The position numbers and the translations under genes are program-made. The notes below the pieces were generated by a model. That model saw only the letters and a program-made list of their open reading frames with translations. It was not told the origin of the DNA and ran no database searches. DNA of 35,163 nucleotides from an uncultured Mycoplasmatota bacterium (GTDB lineage: Bacteria; Bacillota_I; Bacilli_A; RF39; UBA660), in contig CASEOP010000039.1 in NCBI GenBank assembly GCA_949289505.1, forward strand, positions 1-35,163, in the 5' to 3' direction. Shown piece after piece: positions 18,110-27,163 of the stretch. Each line of letters begins with the position of its first letter. Within the stretch, counting starts at the first letter, position 1.

Positions 18110-19852
18110 ATGATGTTTAACGAAGAAATAGAAAATATTAGAAAGCAAGCTAATATTATAGATATCATTTCTAGTTATATTCCTCTTACTCAACATGGCA
18201 AAAATTACTTTGGTGTATGTCCCTTTCATGAAGATCATTCGCCAAGTATGAGTGTATCAGAAGAAAAACAAATATATAAATGCTTTTCTTGTGGTGCTGC
18301 TGGGAACGTTTTTACCTTTATAAGTGAATATGAGAACGTATCTTTTTTAGAAGCCGTAAAAATAGTTGCCACCAAATGTGGTCTACCATTTAATGGCACC
18401 ATAAAAAAAGAAAAACCTAAAACAAATACAACAGACTATGAAATAATGTCTTTAGCTTTAAAATTTTATCAAAATAATTTGAATAGTAAAGAAGGACTTA
18501 AAGCCAAAGAATATTTACACCAAAGAAAATTAGATGACGAAGTAATTAAAGATTTTGATATTGGGTTATCATTAAGCGGTTCAGTTTCTTTAAATAAATT
18601 ACTAACTAGTAAAAAATATAATGTAGAAGATATAGAAAAATTAGGCTTAATAAATATTAATAATAATTACATTAATGATGTATTTATTAATCGTATTATG
18701 TTTCCCATTCATGATTTAAATGGAAATGCTATTGGTTTTACCGGAAGAATATATAATGGTGATGATCAAGCTAAATATATTAACTCTAAAGAATCAGCAA
18801 TCTTTAAAAAAGGGCATATATTATTTAATTATCATCGGGCCAAATCGGAAATAAAACGCAAGAAAGAAGTCATCATTGTTGAAGGTAATATGGACGCTAT
18901 TCGCATGTATGCATCAGGTATTAAAAATGTTTTAGCTTTAATGGGGACAAGCTTAACTAATGAACAAGTAGAAATAATTAAAAAGCTACGTGCTAAAATT
19001 ATATTATTATTTGATAATGATAATGCTGGAGAGATTGCTACTTATCAAAATGGGGCAATTTTAGAAGAAAAAGGATTAACGCCATACATTGTACGCTTAA
19101 CCAAAGAAAAAGACCCTGATGAATATATCATCAATAATGGAATTAAAGCTTTAGAAGAAAACTTAAACAATCCCATGACATTCTTAGAATTTAAATTAAA
19201 ATATTTTAAGAAAAATAAAAATTTAGACAAAGTAGATGATTTAGCCGCATACATTAAAACTATTATTAATGATTTAAAAAATATCCCTGATGAATTAACC
19301 AAGGAATTAACATTAAAAAAATTAAGTGAAGAATACAATATTCGAATAGACTTATTAAATAATGAATTAAATAAGCAAAAATTAACTAAAAATGTTCAAA
19401 CCCAAGAAAAAAAGCTTGCCAAAACTAAACTTTCGAAGTATGATAAAGCCTGTCAAAATATAATTTATTTTATGATGAATGAAGGACAATATATTGAAAT
19501 ATTTAAAAAAGAATTGGGATATTTTAATGAAACTAAATATCGAAATATTGTTAACGAAATAATATACTATTATGAAATAAATAAAAATATTGAATTAAGT
19601 GCATTTATTTCTTTTATAAGTACAAAAGATTACATATATGATGATGCAATGGAAATAATAAAAATGAGTAAAATAACCGAATTTGAGATAAAAGCATTTA
19701 AAGAGTTTATATGTGTAGCTAAAAACGAGATGGCCAAAGAAGAAATAAAAAAGTTAAAAAAAGAAATAGCTAATTGTATGGATCTTAACGAAGAAGTAGA
19801 GTTAGCTCAAAAATTAATAAATATTAAAAAAGGATGTGTAGGTAATGAATAA
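18110..19852 (+). CDS. dnaG: DNA primase
   Basis: CHC2 zinc finger [13 protein letters not shown]...[21 protein letters not shown] motifs [11 protein letters not shown] and LLFDNDNAG. Confidence 0.95.
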   Translation: MMFNEEIENIRKQANIIDIISSYIPLTQHGKNYFGVCPFHEDHSPSMSVSEEKQIYKCFSCGAAGNVFTFISEYENVSFLEAVKIVATKCGLPFNGTIKKEKPKTNTTDYEIMSLALKFYQNNLNSKEGLKAKEYLHQRKLDDEVIKDFDIGLSLSGSVSLNKLLTSKKYNVEDIEKLGLININNNYINDVFINRIMFPIHDLNGNAIGFTGRIYNGDDQAKYINSKESAIFKKGHILFNYHRAKSEIKRKKEVIIVEGNMDAIRMYASGIKNVLALMGTSLTNEQVEIIKKLRAKIILLFDNDNAGEIATYQNGAILEEKGLTPYIVRLTKEKDPDEYIINNGIKALEENLNNPMTFLEFKLKYFKKNKNLDKVDDLAAYIKTIINDLKNIPDELTKELTLKKLSEEYNIRIDLLNNELNKQKLTKNVQTQEKKLAKTKLSKYDKACQNIIYFMMNEGQYIEIFKKELGYFNETKYRNIVNEIIYYYEINKNIELSAFISFISTKDYIYDDAMEIIKMSKITEFEIKAFKEFICVAKNEMAKEEIKKLKKEIANCMDLNEEVELAQKLINIKKGCVGNE

Positions 19853-20981
19853 TATGGACGAAACTAAAACAGTGCAAAAAATTGTCGAAATAAAATCTTT
19901 AGAAGATAGAATTAACGACTTAATTAAAATAGGTAAAGAACAAAAATATATTACATTTGAACAATTAGTAGATAGTCTAAAAGGACTTGATATGGACAAT
20001 GATTCATTAGATGAAATTTATAATACTTTAATGGATAACGAAATTCAAGTTATAGCAGAAGATGAAGAAGATAATGAAGACGAAGATGGCGTTCCTAAAG
20101 ATTTAGAAGAGCCAATTATTTTAGATGATAGCGAAATAACTAAAGACATAAACATAAATGACCCAGTTAGAATGTATTTGAAAGAAATAGGTCGCATTAG
20201 TTTATTATCCCCTGAAGAAGAATTAGCATTAAGCGAAAAAGTAGCAGCCGGGGAAAACGAAGCTAAGAAAAAGTTAGCCGAATCAAATTTACGTTTGGTT
20301 GTTAGTATTGCCAAAAGATATGTTGGTAGAGGCTTACTATTTTTAGACTTAATCCAAGAAGGAAATATAGGCCTTATGAAAGCAGTCGAAAAATTTGATA
20401 GCGATAAAGGTTATAAGTTTTCTACTTATGCTACTTGGTGGATTAGACAAGCTATTACTAGAGCTTTAGCTGATCAAGCAAGAACTATTCGTGTTCCCGT
20501 TCACATGGTTGAAACTATAAATAAAATGAGCCGTATCCAAAGGCAATTAACTTTAGAGTTAAATCGTGAACCAAGTGAAGAAGAACTAGCTAAAAAAATG
20601 GGTTTAAGTGTCGAAAAAATAAGAGAAGTAATTAAAATTAGTCAAGAACCAGTATCTTTAGAAACACCAATTGGAGAAGAAGATGATTCTCATTTAGGAG
20701 ACTTTATTAAAGATGAATCAAGTATGTCGCCTGAGGAATATGCGACTAATGAAATTTTAAAAGAAGAAATAAAAAGTGTTTTGATGACATTACAAGTAAG
20801 AGAACAAGAAGTTCTTGAACTTCGTTTTGGGTTAATTGATGGAACATGTCATACTTTAGAAGAAGTAGGTAAAAAGTTTAATGTTACAAGAGAGCGTATA
20901 AGACAAATTGAAGCTAAAGCATTAAGAAAATTGCGTCACCCATCTAGAGCAAAAAAATTGAAAGATTTTTTATCAGACTAA
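19845..20981 (+). CDS. sigA: RNA polymerase primary sigma factor
   Basis: Acidic region 1, region 2 ([45 protein letters not shown]), region 3, and region 4.2 ([30 protein letters not shown]). Lies in the conserved dnaG-sigA order. Confidence 0.97.
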   Translation: MNNMDETKTVQKIVEIKSLEDRINDLIKIGKEQKYITFEQLVDSLKGLDMDNDSLDEIYNTLMDNEIQVIAEDEEDNEDEDGVPKDLEEPIILDDSEITKDININDPVRMYLKEIGRISLLSPEEELALSEKVAAGENEAKKKLAESNLRLVVSIAKRYVGRGLLFLDLIQEGNIGLMKAVEKFDSDKGYKFSTYATWWIRQAITRALADQARTIRVPVHMVETINKMSRIQRQLTLELNREPSEEELAKKMGLSVEKIREVIKISQEPVSLETPIGEEDDSHLGDFIKDESSMSPEEYATNEILKEEIKSVLMTLQVREQEVLELRFGLIDGTCHTLEEVGKKFNVTRERIRQIEAKALRKLRHPSRAKKLKDFLSD

Positions 20982-21616
20982 TGCTTAATCCAAAACTAAA
21001 AGCCATAGCTTCTTTAATTAATAAAAATGATACTGTCATAGATGTATGCTGTGACCATGCTTATTTAGCGATTTATTTAAAAAAAAATAATTTATGTCAA
21101 GATGTTTATGCTAGTGACATAAATCCAAATGCCTTAAATGGTGCCAGGAAAAACATAAAGGCTTCCAAGTTAAATATTATGGCTTATTTATCTGATGGTT
21201 TTAAAAATATTGAAAATGACCAAATAAATACAGCTGTTATAGCAGGCGTAGGAACAAGTACAGTTATAGATATTATTTCTAATGCTCCTAATACTATTAA
21301 TAAGTTTATTATAAGTAGCAATAATAATCATGATATTTTAAGAAAATATCTATACAAAAATAAGTTATATATAAAAAAAGAAGAAATAATAAAAGATAAA
21401 AATAAATTCTATATAATCATGCTTGTAACTAAAGAACCCAAAAAAGAAACTAAATTATCCTTAAAATATGGTAATTCTAATAATAAAACTTACTATAATT
21501 ATTTACTTACAAAAGAAGAAGAAATAATAAAAAAAATACCCAAAAGAAATTTTTGGGCAAGAAATAATCATAAAAGAAATATAATCAACTTAAAGAAACT
21601 TATAGAAAAAATTTAG
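20981..21616 (+). CDS. trmK: tRNA (adenine22-N1)-methyltransferase
   Basis: From memory it aligns with B. subtilis YqfN/TrmK. VIDVCCDHAYLAIYL matches DIGSDHAYLP, AVIAGVGTSTVIDII matches ITIAGMGGALI, and FIISSNNNHDILRKYLY matches LILQPN...IREWLY. Position after sigA also fits. Confidence 0.82.
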   Translation: MLNPKLKAIASLINKNDTVIDVCCDHAYLAIYLKKNNLCQDVYASDINPNALNGARKNIKASKLNIMAYLSDGFKNIENDQINTAVIAGVGTSTVIDIISNAPNTINKFIISSNNNHDILRKYLYKNKLYIKKEEIIKDKNKFYIIMLVTKEPKKETKLSLKYGNSNNKTYYNYLLTKEEEIIKKIPKRNFWARNNHKRNIINLKKLIEKI

Positions 21617-21878
21617 GATTATTAGTTGAAACTATTTTATTTTCTATAACAGTTTCTTTTTTTGTATCTACAACATTATTTTTATTTGTTTTTATACTAT
21701 TATTTATATTTGGTTTACTAAAATCTTTTAATACTCCTAAAATAGTTTTAGCATTATTAATCATTGGCTTAGCTTCTTTATAAATAGGAATCACCTGATT
21801 AGCTACACTTAAAGTTTTGGAAATTCCTGATAAAACTTTAGTAAAACTAAGCCCAGTGCCATATGGATTTGCAAACAT
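21600..21878 (-). CDS. hypothetical small protein (92 aa), possibly VrrA/YqfQ-like
   Basis: The RBS aggtga lies 6 nt upstream of the ATG. The segment LSGISKTLSVANQVIPIYKEAKPMINNAKTILGVLKDF reminds me of the conserved core of Bacillus YqfQ/VrrA proteins. That is memory only and not verified. Confidence 0.55.
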   Translation of the reverse strand: MFANPYGTGLSFTKVLSGISKTLSVANQVIPIYKEAKPMINNAKTILGVLKDFSKPNINNSIKTNKNNVVDTKKETVIENKIVSTNNPKFFL

Positions 21879-21909
21879 AGATTATCACCTAATATAATAT
21901 ATGCTTTTT

Positions 21910-22368
21910 TTATTTTAAATTAACTTTATCATCAATTTTTCCTAAAAGATAATCAGCAGAAATATTATATTTTTTACATACCGTATATAAAAAAGGTGTC
22001 GCAATAACATTTCTTCCTCTTTCATAATTTGCAAGTGCAGATCTAGCAATATTTAATACATTTGATAATTTTTCTTGGGTTAATTTATTTTCTTTCCTAA
22101 ATTCTTTTAAACGCTGTTTCATTTTATCCAAATCAATCTCACTTTTTGTACTTTCATAATTTTTCCTATCAGTAAAATTAAATACATAATCAAAAGATAC
22201 ATTAAAATAATTACACAATGTATTTAAATGCTTTACTGGGATAATTTCATATTCAGTTTCATATTGGTTATAAAGTCCCTTATATATATTTAAAATATTA
22301 GCAATATCATATTGTTTTAAATCGTTAACTTCTCTTAATTCAATTAACTTTTTATTGTAAATCATCAT
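21910..22368 (-). CDS. XRE-family transcriptional regulator with two tandem HTH domains
   Basis: Two Cro/C1-type HTH units: LKQYDIANILNIYKGLYNQYETEYEIIPVKHLNTLCNYFNVSFDYV and LTQEKLSNVLNIARSALANYERGRNVIATPFLYTVCKKYNISADYLLG. Divergent from the 430-aa exoprotein gene. Confidence 0.85.
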   Translation of the reverse strand: MMIYNKKLIELREVNDLKQYDIANILNIYKGLYNQYETEYEIIPVKHLNTLCNYFNVSFDYVFNFTDRKNYESTKSEIDLDKMKQRLKEFRKENKLTQEKLSNVLNIARSALANYERGRNVIATPFLYTVCKKYNISADYLLGKIDDKVNLK

Positions 22369-22438
22369 TTATCACCAAATTGATTTTCTCATGGTTTACT
22401 ATTTCGAAATAAAATATCCCGAAATAGAAACATTTTTC

Positions 22439-22467
22439 TTGACTTTTAATATACCTAGAATTATAAT
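22439..22467 (+). promoter_or_regulatory. near-consensus sigma-A promoter for the 430-aa gene
   Basis: TTGACT (22439-22444), a 17-nt spacer, then TATAAT (22462-22467). This leaves a leader of about 80 nt before the ATG at 22552. Confidence 0.6.
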
Positions 22468-22475
22468 TTATATGT

Positions 22476-22504
22476 AAGCTAGATAACCTCATCTATCATA
22501 GCTT
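22476..22504 (+). promoter_or_regulatory. imperfect palindrome in the leader of the 430-aa gene (operator or RNA hairpin)
   Basis: AAGCTAGATA (22476-22485) pairs with TATCATAGCTT (22494-22504). That gives 10 bp with one bulged base and an 8-nt loop. Confidence 0.3.
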
Positions 22505-22551
22505 ATATTTAATAGATAATAAATGAAGTAGAACTTCACGGAGGCGCAATT

Positions 22552-23844
22552 ATGAAATTTGAAGTATTAAAAAGGAGTCATTTGAAAAGAAATATAGTTG
22601 TAGCTTTAATAGTGGTAGGTGTGATTAGTGCAATTATACTTAATTTTACGCAAGCAAAATATAGAACTACCCAAAGCATACCACTCATAAACGGAACAAT
22701 TAATTATACTCCCTATGATTTTAAAATAATGGCAATGTTTCAAGAAAATGGTGATAATTATATAGAGATAAATCAAATGCCAAATGAAAATTACAGTATA
22801 AATGAAATAAAAAGTTATTGCACTATTGATAATACAAACAAAGATCCTGATATAAAACTATATACTGATGATAAAGGACAGCATGTATTTGCTAACTTAA
22901 AAAAAAGTAGTAAATGTTATTTATATTTTGATGAAAATACTTGCCCATTAGGAGATAATATATGTAATAAAATTTTACAAAATAAAGAAATAAGGACAAG
23001 AACAAATTTTCATCGAACAGCCTATAAGGAAATAACAACAAATGTCATATTTGAAGGAAAAGAAAATAATAAAAAAACATATTATTTTGCCGGAAATCCC
23101 ACAGATAATTGGGTTAAATTTGCTGGATTTTATTGGCGTATTATTAGAATAAATAGTGATGGTTCAATAAGGCTAATCTACCAAGGAACGAGTGCCAATA
23201 CAACAGGTACAGGAACTCAAATAGGAAAAAGTGTGTTTAATTCAAATAGTAATAATAATGCTTATCTTGGGTACATGTATAGTGAGGGAGAAGTTCACGG
23301 CTTAAGTAAAACAAGTACTATAAAAAGTATATTGGACAATTGGTACCAGAATAATTTAAATAAGTACTCAAGTTACATAGAAATAAATGCTGGTTTTTGT
23401 AATGATCGCTCATTAACTACAGGAACTGGATTAGGAAGTGACGATTCATGGTACGAGCCGAATAATAGAATGGTAAATACTGGGAAGCCTACATTTAATT
23501 GCCAAGAAACTGATGATTTGTTTACCGTAAAAGAATCCAGTATTGGAAATAAATCTTTAACATATCCAGTAGGACTTATAACAGCAGACGAAATAAATTT
23601 TGCAGGTGGTGCATATTATACCGAAAATAAAGAATTTTATTTATATACTGGACAAGAGTATTGGACAATATCTCCCCGAAATTATACATCAGTAGCTAAA
23701 CCATTTGCATTAACAATTAATGGACTTAATTCAATGACAAACGGTACAACAGTTACTTTAGGCGTCCGTCCTGTAATAAATCTAAAAGCTGATGTTCAAA
23801 TAACCGAGGGTAATGGCACTGCATCTAGTCCGTATGTAATTTAG
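22552..23844 (+). CDS. membrane-anchored exoprotein with pseudopilin-type C-terminal module, no prepilin motif
   Basis: RBS ggagg. The N-terminus MKFEVLKRSHLKRNIVVALIVVGVISAIILNF is a basic stretch followed by one hydrophobic helix. Six Cys lie in the ectodomain. NWVKFAGFYWRIIRINSDGSIRLIYQG, YWTISPRNY and the C-terminal GVRPVINLKADVQITEGNGTASSPYVI match, from memory, the module at the end of large Firmicute pseudopilin-like proteins. Confidence 0.8.
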   Translation: MKFEVLKRSHLKRNIVVALIVVGVISAIILNFTQAKYRTTQSIPLINGTINYTPYDFKIMAMFQENGDNYIEINQMPNENYSINEIKSYCTIDNTNKDPDIKLYTDDKGQHVFANLKKSSKCYLYFDENTCPLGDNICNKILQNKEIRTRTNFHRTAYKEITTNVIFEGKENNKKTYYFAGNPTDNWVKFAGFYWRIIRINSDGSIRLIYQGTSANTTGTGTQIGKSVFNSNSNNNAYLGYMYSEGEVHGLSKTSTIKSILDNWYQNNLNKYSSYIEINAGFCNDRSLTTGTGLGSDDSWYEPNNRMVNTGKPTFNCQETDDLFTVKESSIGNKSLTYPVGLITADEINFAGGAYYTENKEFYLYTGQEYWTISPRNYTSVAKPFALTINGLNSMTNGTTVTLGVRPVINLKADVQITEGNGTASSPYVI

Positions 23845-23907
23845 AGCATTTGCTCTTTTTATTTACAAACTTTTATGATATAATTTGAAAAGAATAGGAA
23901 AGATAGT

Positions 23908-25425
23908 ATGAAAATATTATTATTACCATTTATATTTATAATAAGTTTTATTAAACATTTTTTTATAGGAATTAAGTTTGTCTTTTTTGATGCATGGTAT
24001 AACTTAATTATGTATTATAAAAACAAAAGTGACTTCAAAAAAATAGAACATAATAGCATAAATAAAATTAATGCTAATCCTTCAAATAACAATGAAGAAG
24101 AGAGTATTGCCATCTTAAGTTTAGATGAAAGAAAAAAAATAGCTTTAGAAAAACAAGAATTATTAAAAGAAATGCAATTAGAAATTAATTCTCGTAAAAT
24201 AACAAAAGATTATTACTATTATTATGGCACTGACCAAAATAATAAAAAAATCAAAGGAATTATGAGCGCTACAAACAAAATGACTTTGCACAATTTTTTA
24301 GCCAATGATGGTATTGATGTTTATCAAATAAAAAAAGCTACTATGGCTAATTTATTTAAAAAAATAGGCTTAGAGCAAGAAAAACCAATGAGTACAAAAG
24401 ATTTAATATTTTGGCTAACTCAAGTATGCACTTATTTAAAAGCCGGCTTAACTTTAAATGATACAATTCACATTATGAAGGAACAAGCTAAAAAAGATAA
24501 AAAGAAAAAAAGATTATATGAAGCTATAAGTTATGAACTAACTTTGGGTGAATCTTTTAGTGAAGCTTTACAAAAACAAGGAAAAGTATTTCCATCCTTA
24601 TTAATAAATATGATAAAAAGTGCTGAAGCAACCGGTGAAATAATTAAAACTCTAGATGATATGGCTAATTATTACACCGAAATAGACAAGACCAAAAAAG
24701 AAATGATAAGCGCCATTATATATCCTGTTATATTATTAGTTTTTGCTATAGCAATTCTTACCTTTATAATGGTATATGTTATTCCTGAATTCATAAAAAT
24801 TTATAATCAAGCAGGTATTAAAGTAAGTGGATTTACATTAACCATTATAAATATTAGTGACTATATCACAACTAATTTAACTACTATTTTAATAATTGCT
24901 TTTATCACTATTATATCGCTTTTGTTTTTATACAAAAATAGTAAAACAATTCGAAAAATAATCCAAAGTTTAGGTATGCATATTCCTTTTTTTGGCCAAA
25001 TTATCATTTATCATGAATTAACCTTATTTACTAAAACATTTGCCAGCTTACTTCGTAACAGCGTTTATATAACTAGCAGTATGGAAATTTTATCACATAT
25101 TACCAACAATGAAATTTATAAAGATATAATGCTCGAAACCATAAGTAATATTGCAAGAGGGGATAAAATAAGCAAATCATTTTATAATAAATGGTGTATT
25201 CCCGAAGTTGCTTATTACATGATTGTAACAGGTGAAACCACTGGTGAACTATCTTTAATGATGGAAAAAGTTGCTATTTATTTCAATGATTTACATAAAT
25301 CAAAAGTTACCAATTTAAAAAGCTTTTTAGAACCCATCATGATAGTAATTTTAGCTTTAATAGTTGGTATTGTTATATTAGCAGTAGTAATACCAATGTT
25401 TAGTTTATATGGACAAATAGGATAG
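23908..25425 (+). CDS. type II secretion/type IV pilus platform protein (GspF/PilC/ComGB family) with N-terminal extension
   Basis: Two T2SS-F repeats (FWLTQVCTYLKAGLTLNDTIHIM... and LFTKTFASLLRNSVYITSSMEIL...) and TM helices in the expected places. The canonical PilC N-terminus (YYYYGTDQNNKKIKGIMSATNKMTLHNFLANDGIDVYQIK) starts only at about residue 102, after an extra hydrophobic segment. An alternative start is the ATG at 24172. Confidence 0.85.
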   Translation: MKILLLPFIFIISFIKHFFIGIKFVFFDAWYNLIMYYKNKSDFKKIEHNSINKINANPSNNNEEESIAILSLDERKKIALEKQELLKEMQLEINSRKITKDYYYYYGTDQNNKKIKGIMSATNKMTLHNFLANDGIDVYQIKKATMANLFKKIGLEQEKPMSTKDLIFWLTQVCTYLKAGLTLNDTIHIMKEQAKKDKKKKRLYEAISYELTLGESFSEALQKQGKVFPSLLINMIKSAEATGEIIKTLDDMANYYTEIDKTKKEMISAIIYPVILLVFAIAILTFIMVYVIPEFIKIYNQAGIKVSGFTLTIINISDYITTNLTTILIIAFITIISLLFLYKNSKTIRKIIQSLGMHIPFFGQIIIYHELTLFTKTFASLLRNSVYITSSMEILSHITNNEIYKDIMLETISNIARGDKISKSFYNKWCIPEVAYYMIVTGETTGELSLMMEKVAIYFNDLHKSKVTNLKSFLEPIMIVILALIVGIVILAVVIPMFSLYGQIG

Positions 25426-25433
25426 GTGATTAA

Positions 25434-26090
25434 ATGATTATTATACTTTTTTTCATAGGCTTTTTAATAGGCCTTTGCTATGCCCTCATTGGCGAAAAAT
25501 TACCAACATTAATTCCTGAAGTATTACCTAAAGAGGACAATTCATGGATTTTAAATTTATTTATTGGTGTAATTAATGCTTTAGTAGTTTTAATTAGCTA
25601 TTATTCACTAGGAATTTGTTATGAATTTTATGTTTGCTTAATAGTAACTGCTCTTGTTTTAATTATATTTATAAGTGATTTTAAATATATGATTATTTTA
25701 GATAGTCCCCTAATTGTTTCTGGAATATTAATCTTTATTTTAAGAATATACTATAATGGATATAAAGATGCCTTTACTAGTTTAGTAGCTGCCTTAATTC
25801 TCTTTAGCTTTATGTTTCTAATTGGGGTACTCGGTAAAAAGTTATTTAAAAAAGAAGCTTTAGGAGGTGGCGATATAAAACTAGCAGCTATAATAGGTAT
25901 GATATTAGAATTAAAACTTGGATTAGTTGCTATTATTTTTTCAAGTCTATTAGCCTTACCTTATGCAATTGGTACTCTATTATTAAATAAAGATAGTGAA
26001 GTTCCATTTGGACCATTTTTAATATCAAGTATGGCCATTGTCTTTATTTTTGCAGATAAGTTTAATAATTTAATTGCCTTTCTAATTTAA
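25434..26090 (+). CDS. A24-family prepilin peptidase (PilD/ComC-like), peptidase domain only
   Basis: Polytopic membrane protein with the two catalytic Asp contexts ISDFKYMIILD and LGGGDIKLAAIIG. There is no N-terminal Cys-rich zinc or methyltransferase segment. RBS aggtga. Confidence 0.85.
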   Translation: MIIILFFIGFLIGLCYALIGEKLPTLIPEVLPKEDNSWILNLFIGVINALVVLISYYSLGICYEFYVCLIVTALVLIIFISDFKYMIILDSPLIVSGILIFILRIYYNGYKDAFTSLVAALILFSFMFLIGVLGKKLFKKEALGGGDIKLAAIIGMILELKLGLVAIIFSSLLALPYAIGTLLLNKDSEVPFGPFLISSMAIVFIFADKFNNLIAFLI

Positions 26091-26128
26091 AAGTTGTATA
26101 ATATAGCCTCATCAAAGGGGTTTTTTAT

Positions 26129-27097
26129 ATGGAAGATTATATTAATTTTAAAGGTAATTTAGAAAAGTTATCCAAAAAAGATTTAGAACTACTTTTTATA
26201 AAACTACAAAATTATAAAATTGCATACGCTGATACATTAAATGTTGATAAAAAAATCAGTATTGGTGTAGAATTAGAATTTGAAAATGCTTCATTAGAGG
26301 GAGTTAAACAAGAGTTTGATAAAGATCCACAATTCCAATATTGGCAAGTTATTACTGATGAAAGTTGTACAAGCTATACAAATAATTTAACAATAGGAGG
26401 CGAGGTTACTTCGCCAGTATTACATGATTTAAAACCTGATTGGCAAACTTTAAGCAACGCAACCCAAATATTAAAAAACTTAAAAGCAAAATCTACTAAT
26501 AACACTTCTTTACACATTCATCTTGGAAATCAAATTTTTGGATTAAATATCCAAAACGTTATTCGTTTTGTTAAAGTTTGGTGTATTTTTGAACATGTTA
26601 TATTTAAATTTGCCTATGGTGCCGATAAAACATATAGACCTAAAATATTATATTTTGCTCACTCCATAGCTGATGCTACAAAATTAAAATGCAAACACAT
26701 TCCAGGTTTTTTCGAATACTTAACTATCCCGCGAGCTTTAGGATTCAATAAAAAGTGGGCTATTAATTTTGCTAACTTTTATGACCTAATAGCTACTGAA
26801 GAATCAAACGAAGCCATAGAAATAAGAATTGCGAATGGTACCTTAGAGAAAAATACAATTCAAAATACAATTAATTTATATATAAAATTAATCAATTATG
26901 TGTGTAGTGATAGATATGACGAAAAATTAATCGATCGATTATTTAAAAGACTAATTCCCAAAAGTATTATAGAATATGATGATATTTATATTAATGATGC
27001 CATAAAATTTGCCGATTTAATCTTCGAAAATAATTTAGATAAAATAAATTTTTTAAAACAATACGTTAAAGAAGATGAAACTGTTTTTATAAGGTAG
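26129..27097 (+). CDS. putative amidoligase (Amidoligase_2 / glutamine-synthetase-like carboxylate-amine ligase fold)
   Basis: The motif order is typical of the family as I recall it: ISIGVELEFE, WQVITDESC, GGEVTSPVL, then NTSLHIHLG. No signal peptide or TM segment. Confidence 0.62.
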   Translation: MEDYINFKGNLEKLSKKDLELLFIKLQNYKIAYADTLNVDKKISIGVELEFENASLEGVKQEFDKDPQFQYWQVITDESCTSYTNNLTIGGEVTSPVLHDLKPDWQTLSNATQILKNLKAKSTNNTSLHIHLGNQIFGLNIQNVIRFVKVWCIFEHVIFKFAYGADKTYRPKILYFAHSIADATKLKCKHIPGFFEYLTIPRALGFNKKWAINFANFYDLIATEESNEAIEIRIANGTLEKNTIQNTINLYIKLINYVCSDRYDEKLIDRLFKRLIPKSIIEYDDIYINDAIKFADLIFENNLDKINFLKQYVKEDETVFIR

Positions 27098-27109
27098 CCA
27101 AATTTTAGG

Positions 27110-27138
27110 TTGTAAAACAAACAAATATAAGATATAAT
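27110..27138 (+). promoter_or_regulatory. sigma-A promoter of tig
   Basis: TTGTAA (27110-27115), a 17-nt spacer, then TATAAT (27133-27138). Confidence 0.5.
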
Positions 27139-27163
27139 AATAGCAGTTTGAAAGGATGTAATT

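Noticed and set aside
18044-18238. 64-aa minus-strand ORF overlapping the dnaG start
   Set aside because: It overlaps the dnaG N-terminal zinc-finger coding region and its RBS. It has no RBS of its own, and its composition looks like antisense noise.
19045-20314. Three minus-strand ORFs (19045-19338, 19814-19999, 20045-20314) inside dnaG/sigA
   Set aside because: All three are antisense to conserved genes. The last is a poly-Ser mirror of the acidic region 1 of sigA.
22552-22650. Class III (prepilin) signal peptide at the N-terminus of the 430-aa protein
   Set aside because: No Gly precedes the hydrophobic helix, there is no FTLxE-like sequence, and there is no Glu at +5. I therefore did not annotate it as a pilin, despite the neighbouring peptidase.
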